Assembly: GCA_964414795.1 (NCBI GenBank)
Contig: CAYPWV010000005.1
Location: forward strand, 4,336 to 68,335
Source: an uncultured Gammaproteobacteria bacterium
GTDB taxonomy: Bacteria > Patescibacteriota > Patescibacteriia > UBA9934
DNA length: 64,000 nt
Direction: 5' to 3'
In this document: positions 37,961 to 47,456 of the stretch, piece by piece
How the letters are laid out: each line of letters begins with the position of its first letter
Position numbering within the stretch: the stretch's first letter is position 1
Translations under genes and position numbers: made by a program
Notes under the pieces: generated by a model
The model's database searches: none
Seen by the model: only the letters and a program-made list of their open reading frames with translations
What the model was told of the DNA's origin: nothing

Positions 37961-37997
37961 GTACAAAAAATCCTGGTCTTTACACCAGGATTTTTTA

Positions 37998-38264
37998 TTA
38001 CTTCTTGAGAGTATTGATTTTCTTCATCGCACGACTCTTGATGCGGGAAACCGTGTTGAGCTTCAACACCTTCTTGGTTACCGACTTATCAAGGGCTTGC
38101 GTAAGTTCATTCATGAGCTTTTGCGCTTCATCAAACTTCTTGGCTTCAAGAAGTTTGCGGAAACTGCGACGCATGTAGTCAATGTGTTCACGAATCGCGG
38201 TGTTGCGCTCAGCGCGTACAACACTTTGACGAAGGGCCTTTTTGGCATTCTTCAGGTTTGGCAT
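37998..38264 (-). CDS. rpsT: 30S ribosomal protein S20
   Basis: MPNLKNAKKALRQS...LDKSVTKKVLKLNTVSRIKSR. Confidence 0.95.
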   Translation of the reverse strand: MPNLKNAKKALRQSVVRAERNTAIREHIDYMRRSFRKLLEAKKFDEAQKLMNELTQALDKSVTKKVLKLNTVSRIKSRAMKKINTLKK

Positions 38265-38303
38265 AGAAAAGTGGTCTAAGGATAGCCAAATGTGAGAAGT
38301 GCG

Positions 38304-39290
38304 TCAAGAAACTTGCTTTACGCGCGCAAAAAGAAGTTCTTCAAGAAGACGTTCAACCAAAATGTCTGCCGAAATACCAGATTTTGTATTCTTATCCCAC
38401 ATAAGTGCCTTTTCCAAAGTCTCCATAAGTGCGTCATGAGAAAAGCATTTTACTCCCTGCAGCGCTTTTTGCGCCACAAAAGGATGAAGCGCAAGCGTAT
38501 CCGCAATCTCTTTTTGCGAAATGATGCCTTGGCGTACCAGCGAAGAAACTCCCACAAACACGCGCAATTGACGAAGAAGTCCGCCAAAAAGACCAAACGC
38601 ATCCGCTCCAGAATCCATTTCTCTCCGGAATGCATGAGTAAGCTTTTCTGGAGTTGCGGAAGAAATGAGATCGAGAAATGCAAAAAAGTCCGAAGAAATA
38701 TGCAAAGGAACAAGGCGCTCAATCATGTCTTCGGTTATAGATGATCCCGCAGCATATGCAGCAAGTTTCTGTATCTCCGTTGCAAGATCTTGGCTCGCAC
38801 CTCCCACGCGTGCATAAAGCACGTTCGCAACTTCTTCAGATATGTTCGCATTTGCCTTGAGTACACGTGCACGAATCCAAGCTATACATTCCGTACGAGA
38901 AAGAGGAGGAATAGGGAAGTGTTTCACTTCTTCTGCAGAACGTGTTCCTAGCCACGTCGCCAAATGACTCTTTTTCCAAGTCGCTTCCGAAAGCTCGTCA
39001 ACAAAGCAAAGCGACGTACGTTCATCTAAACGTCCAAAAACCTCCGTCCAAAAAGGCGCATCAACTTTCTTTAAAACATCCGCAACATTTTTTACAAAAA
39101 TAAATCGCTTCTCCGCTAAAAAGGGCGCGGCTTGAAGCGAAGGAATAAACGGTTCCTTCGAAATCGTAGCAAAATCAAACACCTCAACGTTTAATCGAGA
39201 CGGATCATACTTCGCGACAAACTTTTCAAGCAAATCCTCAGCAAACTCTCGCACACGAAGTGTATCTTCTCCATATACCGCAAGAAACAT
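38304..39290 (-). CDS. holA: DNA polymerase III delta subunit
   Basis: YGED, PFLAEKR, EIQKL and LHPFVAQK motifs, in holA-rpsT synteny. Confidence 0.9.
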   Translation of the reverse strand: MFLAVYGEDTLRVREFAEDLLEKFVAKYDPSRLNVEVFDFATISKEPFIPSLQAAPFLAEKRFIFVKNVADVLKKVDAPFWTEVFGRLDERTSLCFVDELSEATWKKSHLATWLGTRSAEEVKHFPIPPLSRTECIAWIRARVLKANANISEEVANVLYARVGGASQDLATEIQKLAAYAAGSSITEDMIERLVPLHISSDFFAFLDLISSATPEKLTHAFRREMDSGADAFGLFGGLLRQLRVFVGVSSLVRQGIISQKEIADTLALHPFVAQKALQGVKCFSHDALMETLEKALMWDKNTKSGISADILVERLLEELLFARVKQVS

Positions 39291-39300
39291 ATAAACAATA

Positions 39301-41913
39301 TTACGCAATGTCTCCCCAACTTTTTCCCATCGCTACATCAACAACGAGAGGAACACGGAACGATGCGACCGCAGACATTTTTTCTACAACCATTTTCTGT
39401 ACCTCCTCAACATCGTCTTCATGAACCTCAAGAACAAGTTCGTCGTGTACTTGGAGCAAAAGCTTAGCGCGTAGGCCTGCTTTTTCAAGCGAGGATGCGA
39501 GCGTAATCATCGCCATTTTAATGATATCCGCTTGCGTTCCTTGGATAGGCATGTTCATTGCCATACGCTCTGCAGCCGCAACAAGCTGCGGAACACCCGA
39601 AGTAATATCAGGCAAATAACGCCGGCGACCAAACAGTGTTTGCACATAACCCTGAGCACGTGCTTGCAGCTTCATCGCATCAATATACGCCTGAATTCCT
39701 GGATGCACCACAAAATACCGCGCAATAAATTCACGCGCTTCTTCAAACTTCATGCCCGTTGCACGCGCAAGCGCATGCGGCCCAACACCGTACAAAATAC
39801 TAAAGTTAATCGCCTTTGCTGCCGCACGCTGATCCTTCGTTACCGCATCTTCGGAAATATTCCACACCTCTGCTGCAGTACGGCGGTGAATGTCTGCACC
39901 ATCTTTAAACGCACGAATAAACGATTCGTCATTTGCCAATTCAGCAGCTAAACGCAATTCAATTTGCGAATAGTCAGCCGACAAAAGCACATAGTCCGGC
40001 TTTGCAACAAATGCGTAGCGAATCTTTTTGCCAAGCTCCGTGCGGATAGGAATGTTCTGCAGGTTTGGCGTATGAGAAGACAGACGTCCCGTCGCCGCAA
40101 TAGTTTGACTGTAACACGTATGAATACGACCATCGGGTGCGATAAGCTCAGGAAGCGTATCAGAGTAGGTTGATTTAAGCTTCGCAATTTCCCGATATTC
40201 TTCAATAAGCGGAACAATCGCATGGGTATCCCACAACTTTTCGAGCTCAGGAGCGGCTGTAGAAAAACCTGATTTTGTTTTTTTAATGCCTTTCGTAGGA
40301 AGCTTAAGCGTTTCAAAAAGAACGCCTGCAAGCTGAGAAGGGGAATTAACGTTAAATTCAACGCCCGCTAATGCATAAATCTTTTTGGTAAGCGCAGTAA
40401 TTTTTTCTCCCAAAGCTTGCGAAAAATCATTCAGCATTTTTTTATCAACACAAATCCCTTCATGTTCCATGGTAAACAACACGGCAATAAGCGGCATCTC
40501 TACATCAAGATACAGCTTTTTCATACCAACAGCTTCAAGCTTTTTTTCAAGCACTTCACCCAGTGCAGGAAGTACACACACAAGCTCTTCTTCGGTTTTT
40601 ACCGTTTGCTCAAGAATGTCATGCACAATACTTGCAAGAGGGAAGTCACGCGCACCGGAATTCAGCATGTACGCAATCACCTCTGCGTCATACAGCGACC
40701 GTGATGCAAGTGCATGCGAGATATCAACGCCCATATTCGCAAACGCATGCATAGTGGCTTTTGCACCATGCGTTACTACATACTTCATGCGCAACAATTC
40801 TTGCACAACAATTTCAAGTACCGCTTTATCAGGATGCTCAACACGCCACATCCGCTTGCTATCAGAAAGCGCAATGCTGGCAATATGGGAACCAAACATG
40901 TCGGGCTGCTTGAGCGTCACAAAAAAACCAATCCAATCTCCCATCACCCCACCCGGCGTAGAAATCACCGTCATACCCGAAGCATGTTCGGAAACGTTCT
41001 TTTTTCCTCGCTTCTTTTCTTTTATTTCAGAAGATGCACCTCCGTATTTTTTCAAAAGCGCAGAAAATTCGAGATCGCTAAATAATGCGCGAAGACGCAC
41101 GTCATCGGGCACGCCCACCAAACACGCAGAACGAGAAAAATCTGCTAAAGGAACATTTTGAACAATTTCTCCCAAAAAACGCATCTTTCGCGCAGTCTCT
41201 TCATGCTGAGCAAACTTTTTTGCATACTTCTCAGGAACTTCACCCGTTTTGAGCGCCGCAAGAATGCCCTCCACATTTCCAAACTTTTTTACCAACTCCA
41301 CCGCACTCTTTTCACCAATACCCGGAACACCCGGAAGATTGTCGGACGAATCTCCCATGAGCGCTTTTACTTCAATGAGTTCCAGGGGAGTAACGCCAAA
41401 GCGCTCCTCAACCGCAGCGGCGTCGTACACCTTCACTTCAGAAAGTCCCTTCACAAAAAAAACGACTTTCGTGGTGTCATTCACAAGCTGCAACGCATCA
41501 CGATCACCCGTAACAATAAGCGTTTCCACATCTCCCGCATCTGCATTCATTTTTGCAACAGTACCAATAACATCATCAGCCTCATAGCCAGGAGCACTGA
41601 GCGAAGGAACGCCGTACGCCGCAAGAATTTCTTGAATAGTGGGAATTTGCGCGTAGAGTTCATCAGCTTTTTTTTCGCGCTGCGCCTTGTATGGTTCGTA
41701 CGCCTCATGACGAAACGTTGCGCCCGGCAAATCCCAGGCAACTGCCATGTACGTTGGTTTGTACACGCTGAGCATTTTTTCAACCACGTTCGTAAATCCG
41801 TATGCAGCATTCACCACACGTCCATCACGCGTAACCAGCGGCGGAATAGCATGCCACGCTCGATGCAAAAGAGCGTTTCCATCCAAAACAAGAAAGGTTT
41901 TTTGCGATTCCAT
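39301..41913 (-). CDS. polA: DNA polymerase I
   Basis: 5'-3' exonuclease motifs (LDGNALLHRA, EADD, GDSSDN) and polymerase motifs (DYSQIELR, KAINF, QVHDEL). Confidence 0.98.
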   Translation of the reverse strand: MESQKTFLVLDGNALLHRAWHAIPPLVTRDGRVVNAAYGFTNVVEKMLSVYKPTYMAVAWDLPGATFRHEAYEPYKAQREKKADELYAQIPTIQEILAAYGVPSLSAPGYEADDVIGTVAKMNADAGDVETLIVTGDRDALQLVNDTTKVVFFVKGLSEVKVYDAAAVEERFGVTPLELIEVKALMGDSSDNLPGVPGIGEKSAVELVKKFGNVEGILAALKTGEVPEKYAKKFAQHEETARKMRFLGEIVQNVPLADFSRSACLVGVPDDVRLRALFSDLEFSALLKKYGGASSEIKEKKRGKKNVSEHASGMTVISTPGGVMGDWIGFFVTLKQPDMFGSHIASIALSDSKRMWRVEHPDKAVLEIVVQELLRMKYVVTHGAKATMHAFANMGVDISHALASRSLYDAEVIAYMLNSGARDFPLASIVHDILEQTVKTEEELVCVLPALGEVLEKKLEAVGMKKLYLDVEMPLIAVLFTMEHEGICVDKKMLNDFSQALGEKITALTKKIYALAGVEFNVNSPSQLAGVLFETLKLPTKGIKKTKSGFSTAAPELEKLWDTHAIVPLIEEYREIAKLKSTYSDTLPELIAPDGRIHTCYSQTIAATGRLSSHTPNLQNIPIRTELGKKIRYAFVAKPDYVLLSADYSQIELRLAAELANDESFIRAFKDGADIHRRTAAEVWNISEDAVTKDQRAAAKAINFSILYGVGPHALARATGMKFEEAREFIARYFVVHPGIQAYIDAMKLQARAQGYVQTLFGRRRYLPDITSGVPQLVAAAERMAMNMPIQGTQADIIKMAMITLASSLEKAGLRAKLLLQVHDELVLEVHEDDVEEVQKMVVEKMSAVASFRVPLVVDVAMGKSWGDIA

Positions 41914-42006
41914 AGAGTAAAATCATCATACCAAAATCTCCCAAAAAGATCCCATAAAAACAATCGCCGCCCCCACGTTGTCAGGAGCGGCACGCGGAAG
42001 AACACG

Positions 42007-42522
42007 CTAGCTAGATAAGTCAGTTCCGTGCCCCTTGAAATCCTTCAAAAGAGCAGTGATTCGACGAACCTGTCTCGTCACTTCAGGAGGGGGAGTATCT
42101 TCAAAGGCAAAGAACCAGAGACTGACGTCGCCATTCTTCGCCTTGCTGTCGTCGCGAAGCTCTTTGCTGTCCCGCCCCACGGCAATAAAGAGACAGCCCT
42201 CATCATCCTGAAGGGCCGAGAAAATGATGAGCTTGTCCTCAGCCGAAAGACATTCCCGCTCCGCATCTTCAAGATCGTCAACCCGAGCACCGATGTTATC
42301 GTCGTCCGAGAGAGATTCTTGATCCACGGCATCGATACCAACGAGCTCGGTAGAGAGCATGCCCCGAATCCAAGCCTCGGGCATATCGTCGATCGACCTC
42401 GGACCAAAGACCAAGAAGCGAGCCTCTTTCTCGCCCCGCATTACCGCAGAAACGAGAAGGTACAAAACACCTGTATCACTCGGAATCAACACTCGAGCAC
42501 GAAGTATGAATTCGTCTTCCAT
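42007..42522 (-). CDS. Hypothetical acidic protein
   Basis: 171-aa ORF with a strong GGGAGG RBS, an upstream TTGACA-17-GAGAAT and a downstream hairpin. Confidence 0.65.
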   Translation of the reverse strand: MEDEFILRARVLIPSDTGVLYLLVSAVMRGEKEARFLVFGPRSIDDMPEAWIRGMLSTELVGIDAVDQESLSDDDNIGARVDDLEDAERECLSAEDKLIIFSALQDDEGCLFIAVGRDSKELRDDSKAKNGDVSLWFFAFEDTPPPEVTRQVRRITALLKDFKGHGTDLSS

Positions 42523-42845
42523 GGCTTTTTATCCTCCCGTTTAATTCTCCTCGCGAAACAAAGTCTTGTCAAAAAAAACAGAAAACCCGGCGCTTGGCCG
42601 GGCACTCGGAAGTGAGGAAGGGAAATCTAATGCCACCTCAAAAAATCGTCGTCAGAGTTCGCGCCACGCGCTTCGAGCAGCATGGCGACGAGCGCCTCTT
42701 GCGAGGGTCGCTCCGCGCAAGCAACCAGCTCAGGAGAGGGATTTTGAGAGACGTACCGCAAACTATCTTCACACAAAACAGGAAACCCGGCCCGCAAGGA
42801 TCGCCTCGCTTGACCGGGTACTTGGAGACGAGAAGACGCCAACCT

Positions 42846-43355
42846 TCAGCTGTTGGTCTCGGCGTCGTCGACCGCCTCAGTATCGGAATCAAAACCCCCG
42901 ATAACAAAGAGTTCGATCACATTGGTGGGAGGAGCCGCCGGAACGCATGCGCTCTCAAACACCACTTCTCCAGCAGCCGAGGAAGATCCTTCATCTACCT
43001 CCAGCTCCAAAGACATGTGAAACTGCTCCTCCCGTCGACGGGCAACGGCATTTGAGTCCTCATCGAGATCGATCTCGGGCGGAATCATGATCATTGGGTC
43101 GATGGCCAGAGACAACCCAGCGACATCGTCAGGCTCAGCCGTATCTCCGCCGAAGCTCATCCACTCAAGGCCTGCGCGGGTGTCGACGTCAACACGAGCC
43201 TCCGCATCGTGCCACTGATCAGCCTCCTCGAGGTCGACCTGGTAGGCCGCCTCCCGCTGGAATTCGGTCCACTTGCCGTGGCGGCACCGAATCTCGACGA
43301 GATCTGCAGGGGAAAGGGGTGACTCGAGCGTATCAGAAATACTGGGTTCAGACAT
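42846..43355 (-). CDS. Hypothetical highly acidic protein
   Basis: GGAGG RBS before ATG 43355, an upstream TTGTCT-17-TACTTT and a GC-rich ORF. Confidence 0.6.
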   Translation of the reverse strand: MSEPSISDTLESPLSPADLVEIRCRHGKWTEFQREAAYQVDLEEADQWHDAEARVDVDTRAGLEWMSFGGDTAEPDDVAGLSLAIDPMIMIPPEIDLDEDSNAVARRREEQFHMSLELEVDEGSSSAAGEVVFESACVPAAPPTNVIELFVIGGFDSDTEAVDDAETNS

Positions 43356-43512
43356 GAGGAAATCCTCCGGAATCCGTGGTGTTTTTGCCGAAAAGGCCAC
43401 GCTAAAGTACCAGAAAACGACAAAAAAGACAAATAATGGAACGAGATTTTACAAAAAGAGAAAAACTTGAAAAAGGAAGCAAAGGCGTGTTATTCTGTTT
43501 CGGCGTAGCCAT

Positions 43513-43587
43513 GGCGGTTATAGCTCAATGGTAGAGCACCGGGTTGTGGTCCCGGCTACACGGGTTCGATCCCCGTTAATCGCCCCA
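43513..43587 (+). tRNA. tRNA-His (GTG)
   Basis: G-1 plus GCGGTTA/TAATCGC acceptor, CCGGG-TTGTGGT-CCCGG anticodon arm, C discriminator and CCA. Confidence 0.95.
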
Positions 43588-43634
43588 CAAAAAATCCTCC
43601 TTTGTCCTTTATGGATGATGGGAGGATTTTTTGT

Positions 43635-44612
43635 TTAAACCTCTTGAATAACATCAAATCCATTAAAACTTCCTACCAAACCCAAGCCAATAATTTTCCC
43701 CGTGCACAATTCTTTTCTTCGTATTTGTCGCGCAACTTCATACATCGTTGCCCCAGATCCTACCGCATCATCAATCAACAAAATATTCTTATAATGTCCG
43801 GTATCTTCAACAACAATGGATTGCTTTACATTTTCTAATCGATCTTCAAGTTTTGTAAGCGTTTTCTGTGGAACAATAATAGGAGTCTTTATTTTTGTAA
43901 TGACGATGCTCGGCAAAGAAATACTCATCTCTTTTTCAAATTCTTTCATAAACTGCACAGAACGTTGAATGGTGGGGGGAATAAAACATATCGCATCAAT
44001 CTTCAAACGATCGATGAGATCAACGATGCGAGGACGAACTTCTTGCACAACATTCTTAATAAGGTCTCGCCGCTGCCCTTGTTTAGCATAAAGAATCATT
44101 TCACCAAGTTTTGTTTTTCCAAAACGCTCAATACTGTAAAAATCAAGATGGAACAACGCGTCAAGGGCACTATCAGAAAAAGTCTTTCGCATTTTTTCTG
44201 TTGCATCAATGACACCGTGATGAATATACGAGTGATATTTCTTCAACGTCATTCGATATTCCTGTGCAGTTTTTTGAGGATTGAGATTTCTTCTAAGACA
44301 CCACGTTACAAAAGCGGATGCACCTGTTTGCAAGACACCATTGGGTTCTACTTTTAAAAAATGTTCGTTAAGAACATGAAGCATCTCTACGTCAAAATGA
44401 TACTTCTGTAATGCAGAAGACTGCATCTTTACAACGTAAAAAACTTTTGGGGGATAGCCCTGTTTTTGAATACGCTCTTCAGTAAGGAGGCGAGTGAGGT
44501 GCCTAAATATCGCCTGCGGGGTAAGTCGCATGTGTTCAGCGATTGTTTTAGGAGAAACTCGCTCCTGCTCAACAATAAATTGAAAAATACGTTCCCGTGT
44601 ATCATTTTTCAT
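43635..44612 (-). CDS. Winged-HTH plus ComF-like phosphoribosyltransferase fusion
   Basis: N-terminal HTH (SPKTIAEHMRLTPQAIFRHLTRL) and PRPP-binding loop ILLIDDAVGSGAT. Confidence 0.85.
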   Translation of the reverse strand: MKNDTRERIFQFIVEQERVSPKTIAEHMRLTPQAIFRHLTRLLTEERIQKQGYPPKVFYVVKMQSSALQKYHFDVEMLHVLNEHFLKVEPNGVLQTGASAFVTWCLRRNLNPQKTAQEYRMTLKKYHSYIHHGVIDATEKMRKTFSDSALDALFHLDFYSIERFGKTKLGEMILYAKQGQRRDLIKNVVQEVRPRIVDLIDRLKIDAICFIPPTIQRSVQFMKEFEKEMSISLPSIVITKIKTPIIVPQKTLTKLEDRLENVKQSIVVEDTGHYKNILLIDDAVGSGATMYEVARQIRRKELCTGKIIGLGLVGSFNGFDVIQEV

Positions 44613-44621
44613 ATCTTTATT

Positions 44622-44648
44622 GTTTATAGTATATACTAAACTATAAAC
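44622..44648. promoter_or_regulatory. Inverted-repeat operator upstream of the HTH-PRTase gene
   Basis: GTTTATAGT-N9-ACTATAAAC lies 9 nt from the ATG. Confidence 0.55.
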
Positions 44649-44697
44649 TATTACAATAGCACCTACTCCAAAATAAAAAAGACGCCGGACCACAATG

Positions 44698-44923
44698 AGC
44701 CGTGAACCCATAAATTCATTTTGAGGCTAAAACAAAACAAAAAAATCTCTCGAGTCTGTTTGCGATCAATTTCATGATCCTGAGCGGACTTGAGAGATTT
44801 TGTTTTTATTGGAGTTTATCGATTTCCAAATTTCTTTTTTACAATTTCAATTTTACCTATCGCACTATTCGTTCACATTTTTGTCGAATATTAGCGGTGA
44901 AATGAATTTATGGGTTCACGGCT
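44698..44923. mobile_element. MITE-like element with perfect 24-bp terminal inverted repeats
   Basis: AGCCGTGAACCCATAAATTCATTT (44698-44721) and its reverse complement (44900-44923), with an internal hairpin and no transposase. Confidence 0.65.
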
Positions 44924-45156
44924 TTAGTCGAGGTCAGGATCGTGTTCATCGCGAGACGCAGATACATCTCGAGAGTAGCCAACGAATCCGTCGACATCTG
45001 CAGTGCAGTTTTCCCATGCTGAAAAGCCATCACTCACCGTCCTTTACTATGTAGAAGTTGAATCCGGATACCGTCACCACAAAAGAAATTTCCTGTTTCG
45101 TCTAAAATTTCCTTTGCGCTAACGACATCCTTATCCTCGTGCATTTTTTTATCTTC

Positions 45157-45183
45157 GTACGGGCGGAACATCTTCCGCCCCTG
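45157..45183 (+). repeat. REP-like palindrome downstream of tRNA-Arg
   Basis: GTACGGGCGGAACATCTTCCGCCCCTG is nearly identical to the ftsK copy at 7797-7824. Confidence 0.7.
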
Positions 45184-45208
45184 TTTTTGAACTTCCCAAC
45201 TTTCCCCC

Positions 45209-45285
45209 TGGTGCCTCGGGAAGGAATCGAACCTTCGACCTTGAGCTTAGAAGTCTCCTGCTCTATCCAACTGAGCTACCGAGGC
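45209..45285 (-). tRNA. tRNA-Arg (TCT)
   Basis: GCCTCGG/CCGAGGC-A-CCA acceptor, D arm GCTC/GAGC, T arm GAAGG-TTCGATT-CCTTC and anticodon loop CTTCTAA. The anticodon stem is weak. Confidence 0.85.
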
Positions 45286-45332
45286 ATGTGCCGTAGTGTA
45301 AGGCGTTTTGTACAGGAGTACAATATGGCCAT

Positions 45333-45812
45333 ATGAAAGGAGATGCAGTGCCGTTTATTGAAAAAATCACCTCGTGGGTGGGATCTTTTGGATCGCTCAT
45401 CATCCATACGCTTCTTTTTGCCATTATTTTATGCGTTGGCGCGCTTGGCATCCTTTCGTGGGACATCGTCCTGCTCGTCCTCACCACGGGCGTATCCCTT
45501 GAGGCAATTTACTTGGCAATTTTCATTCAAATGAGCGTCAATCAGCAGTCACAAGTCATGAAAGAAGTGGAGCAAAATGTCGACGAGATCAAAGAAGATG
45601 TTGATGAAATCCAGGAAGATGTGGGAGAGATTCAAGAAGATGTCGACGAAATTCAAAAAGATATTGATGCAATCGAAGAAGACGTTGATGAAATTCAGGA
45701 AGACGAAGCCGAGGATGACAAACGCGACAGAGAACACCAAGAAACCCTTGCCGCAATGTCCGTCAACCTGCAAAAACTGTTACAAGATATTGAAAAAATG
45801 AAAAAGAGCTAG
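45333..45812 (+). CDS. DUF1003-like membrane protein with acidic heptad coiled coil
   Basis: Two TM helices, VSLEAIYLAIFIQMSVN and repeated VDEIQED. Confidence 0.8.
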   Translation: MKGDAVPFIEKITSWVGSFGSLIIHTLLFAIILCVGALGILSWDIVLLVLTTGVSLEAIYLAIFIQMSVNQQSQVMKEVEQNVDEIKEDVDEIQEDVGEIQEDVDEIQKDIDAIEEDVDEIQEDEAEDDKRDREHQETLAAMSVNLQKLLQDIEKMKKS

Positions 45813-46753
45813 CTACTCTTTTTCGATTTGTCGGAGTCGTGGAAAGATTGGTAGACACGTTTGAGTTCGCGATCAGTAATATGCGTGTACACCTGCGTTG
45901 TGGTAATCGACTCATGACCAAGCATGGTCTGCACCGCGCGAATGTCAGCGCCATTGCGCAAAAGATCGGTAGCGAAGGTGTGACGAAGCGTGTGCGGCGT
46001 AACGGACTTGGTAATTCCCGCCATCCGCGCATACCGATCAACAAGTCGCTGAATGGAACGCGAGGTAAGCGGCTTTGACGTTTCTCCCACGGTTTTGGTG
46101 CGCTGCGCTTTATCGTGTCGCACAAACATGTACAGCGAAATGCTTTGCCGCTTTTCTAAATATACCTTGATGGCATCACGCGCAGCAGGTGATAAAAAAA
46201 CGAGACGATGTTTTTTTCCTTTTCCAAGCACCGTAAATTCCTCATTCTTTAAATTAACCTGCTCAATCTTCAGTCCTGCAAGCTCAGAGACACGCAAGCC
46301 CGTAGAAAAAAGAAGTTCAAGAATCGCCTTGTCGCGATAGCCAAGAATAGTGGGATCTTTTCCAGGTTCCGCGAGAATACGTGGCAATTCTTCTTTTTCC
46401 AAAAACTCCACATGGCGAGAATCTTGCTTTGCAAGTTCAATTTTTTCTGCGGCAAGCGACTTTACGTCACGCTTTGCTAAATATTTTAAAAACGCGCGCA
46501 GAGCAATGAGATGATAGTTCTGCGTTGCCTTTCCCAGTGTTGCCGCATCTCGTCCCGATACATCGCGGTTCAAGTACAGCCGAAACTTCCGCACCATCTC
46601 GCCATTAATTTCCAGCGGGGCAGGGGACTTTGCCCAGTCGCTAAAACGCATCAAATAAAAACGATAATTCCGCACCGTTTTATCCGATCGCCCTCGTTCA
46701 ATTTCTAAATATTCAAGAAATTCCTTAATCAACGGCTCCAAATGCTTCCCCAT
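45809..46753 (-). CDS. Tyrosine recombinase XerC/XerD family
   Basis: RDKAILELLFSTGLRVSEL, GKGKKHR, HTLRHTFAT and LGHESITTTQVY. Confidence 0.95.
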   Translation of the reverse strand: MGKHLEPLIKEFLEYLEIERGRSDKTVRNYRFYLMRFSDWAKSPAPLEINGEMVRKFRLYLNRDVSGRDAATLGKATQNYHLIALRAFLKYLAKRDVKSLAAEKIELAKQDSRHVEFLEKEELPRILAEPGKDPTILGYRDKAILELLFSTGLRVSELAGLKIEQVNLKNEEFTVLGKGKKHRLVFLSPAARDAIKVYLEKRQSISLYMFVRHDKAQRTKTVGETSKPLTSRSIQRLVDRYARMAGITKSVTPHTLRHTFATDLLRNGADIRAVQTMLGHESITTTQVYTHITDRELKRVYQSFHDSDKSKKSS

Positions 46754-46808
46754 ATACACCAAGTATAGCACGAGTCGTAAAATGAAAGTCTTGGCTTTGA
46801 GTTACTTC

Positions 46809-46835
46809 GTCATGCCGGACACCGATCCGGCATCC
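46809..46835 (+). repeat. GTCAT-family palindromic repeat
   Basis: GTCATGCCGGACACCGATCCGGCATCC. Confidence 0.65.
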
Positions 46836-46848
46836 ATCGTTTCTCTAT

Positions 46849-47007
46849 TTATAAAGAATTCTCTCGATACAGAACAAGGGCTTCTTCAAGCATCGAGATC
46901 GCCTCCTTCTTCGTTTTTCCAAAACTCGATACATCAACATCCAAACATTGGGAGACGTATCGATTTTTCTCCTTCCAAACAACCGTTGCGTACGACATCT
47001 TTTTCAT
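46849..47007 (-). CDS. Short HicB-like antitoxin (52 aa, below the ORF-track cutoff)
   Basis: Hand translation MKKMSYATVVWKEKNRYVSQCLDVDVSSFGKTKKEAISMLEEALVLYRENSL matches the HicB pattern S-x-G-x-T-x-x-EA-x-x-x-L-x-EAL-x-L-Y. Confidence 0.8.
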   Translation of the reverse strand: MKKMSYATVVWKEKNRYVSQCLDVDVSSFGKTKKEAISMLEEALVLYRENSL

Positions 47008-47234
47008 ACGTTCTTGAGCATAAAGAAGAATGTCTTGCTCGTCAAAAATGAAAAAAGTTGATCATGCAAGATTTGCATTTTATGAAAAAAACGACTATAT
47101 TTCTTCGTCGCTGCATGGCATTCCGCCACCGATGAAAGGGAAATTCCTATGTACAATGAAGCAGTGGCGTCGTATGGTCTCCTTACTGTCTTTTGTATTT
47201 TATCAATAGGAATTTTAATCGTTATATTCTCCAT
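47004..47234 (-). CDS. Hypothetical protein, possibly a four-helix-bundle protein remnant
   Basis: Its stop overlaps the HicB start (ATGA). LYIGISLSSVAECHAA weakly recalls the four-helix-bundle family motif. Confidence 0.3.
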   Translation of the reverse strand: MENITIKIPIDKIQKTVRRPYDATASLYIGISLSSVAECHAATKKYSRFFHKMQILHDQLFSFLTSKTFFFMLKNV

Positions 47235-47456
47235 TGGACTTTTCCTTCAAGTTTATTTAGAAAGTGGTGAGGAATAGCCTCCGTGCTCGGCTCCTCACAC
47301 GGAGCCGGGCGATTTGTTTTTTAGAGGCTATGTTTGGCGACTTTTTGACACTTTTCTTCAAATTCGGTACTCTTCTTTGCGTAAAACGTAATGTCCTCCG
47401 TCTTGGTTTCAGGGATTTGAGCTCCTGTTTCTCAGATGGTGCGATTTGTAAAATAT

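Noticed and set aside
45570-45705. 21-bp periodic repeat (GATGAAATTCAAGAAGA-like)
   Set aside because: It is explained by a VDEIQED heptad coiled coil in the encoded protein.
45809-46753. Tyrosine recombinase as a prophage or integron integrase
   Set aside because: Size and motifs fit housekeeping XerC/D. There are no phage genes and no IntI-specific insertion that I could recognise.
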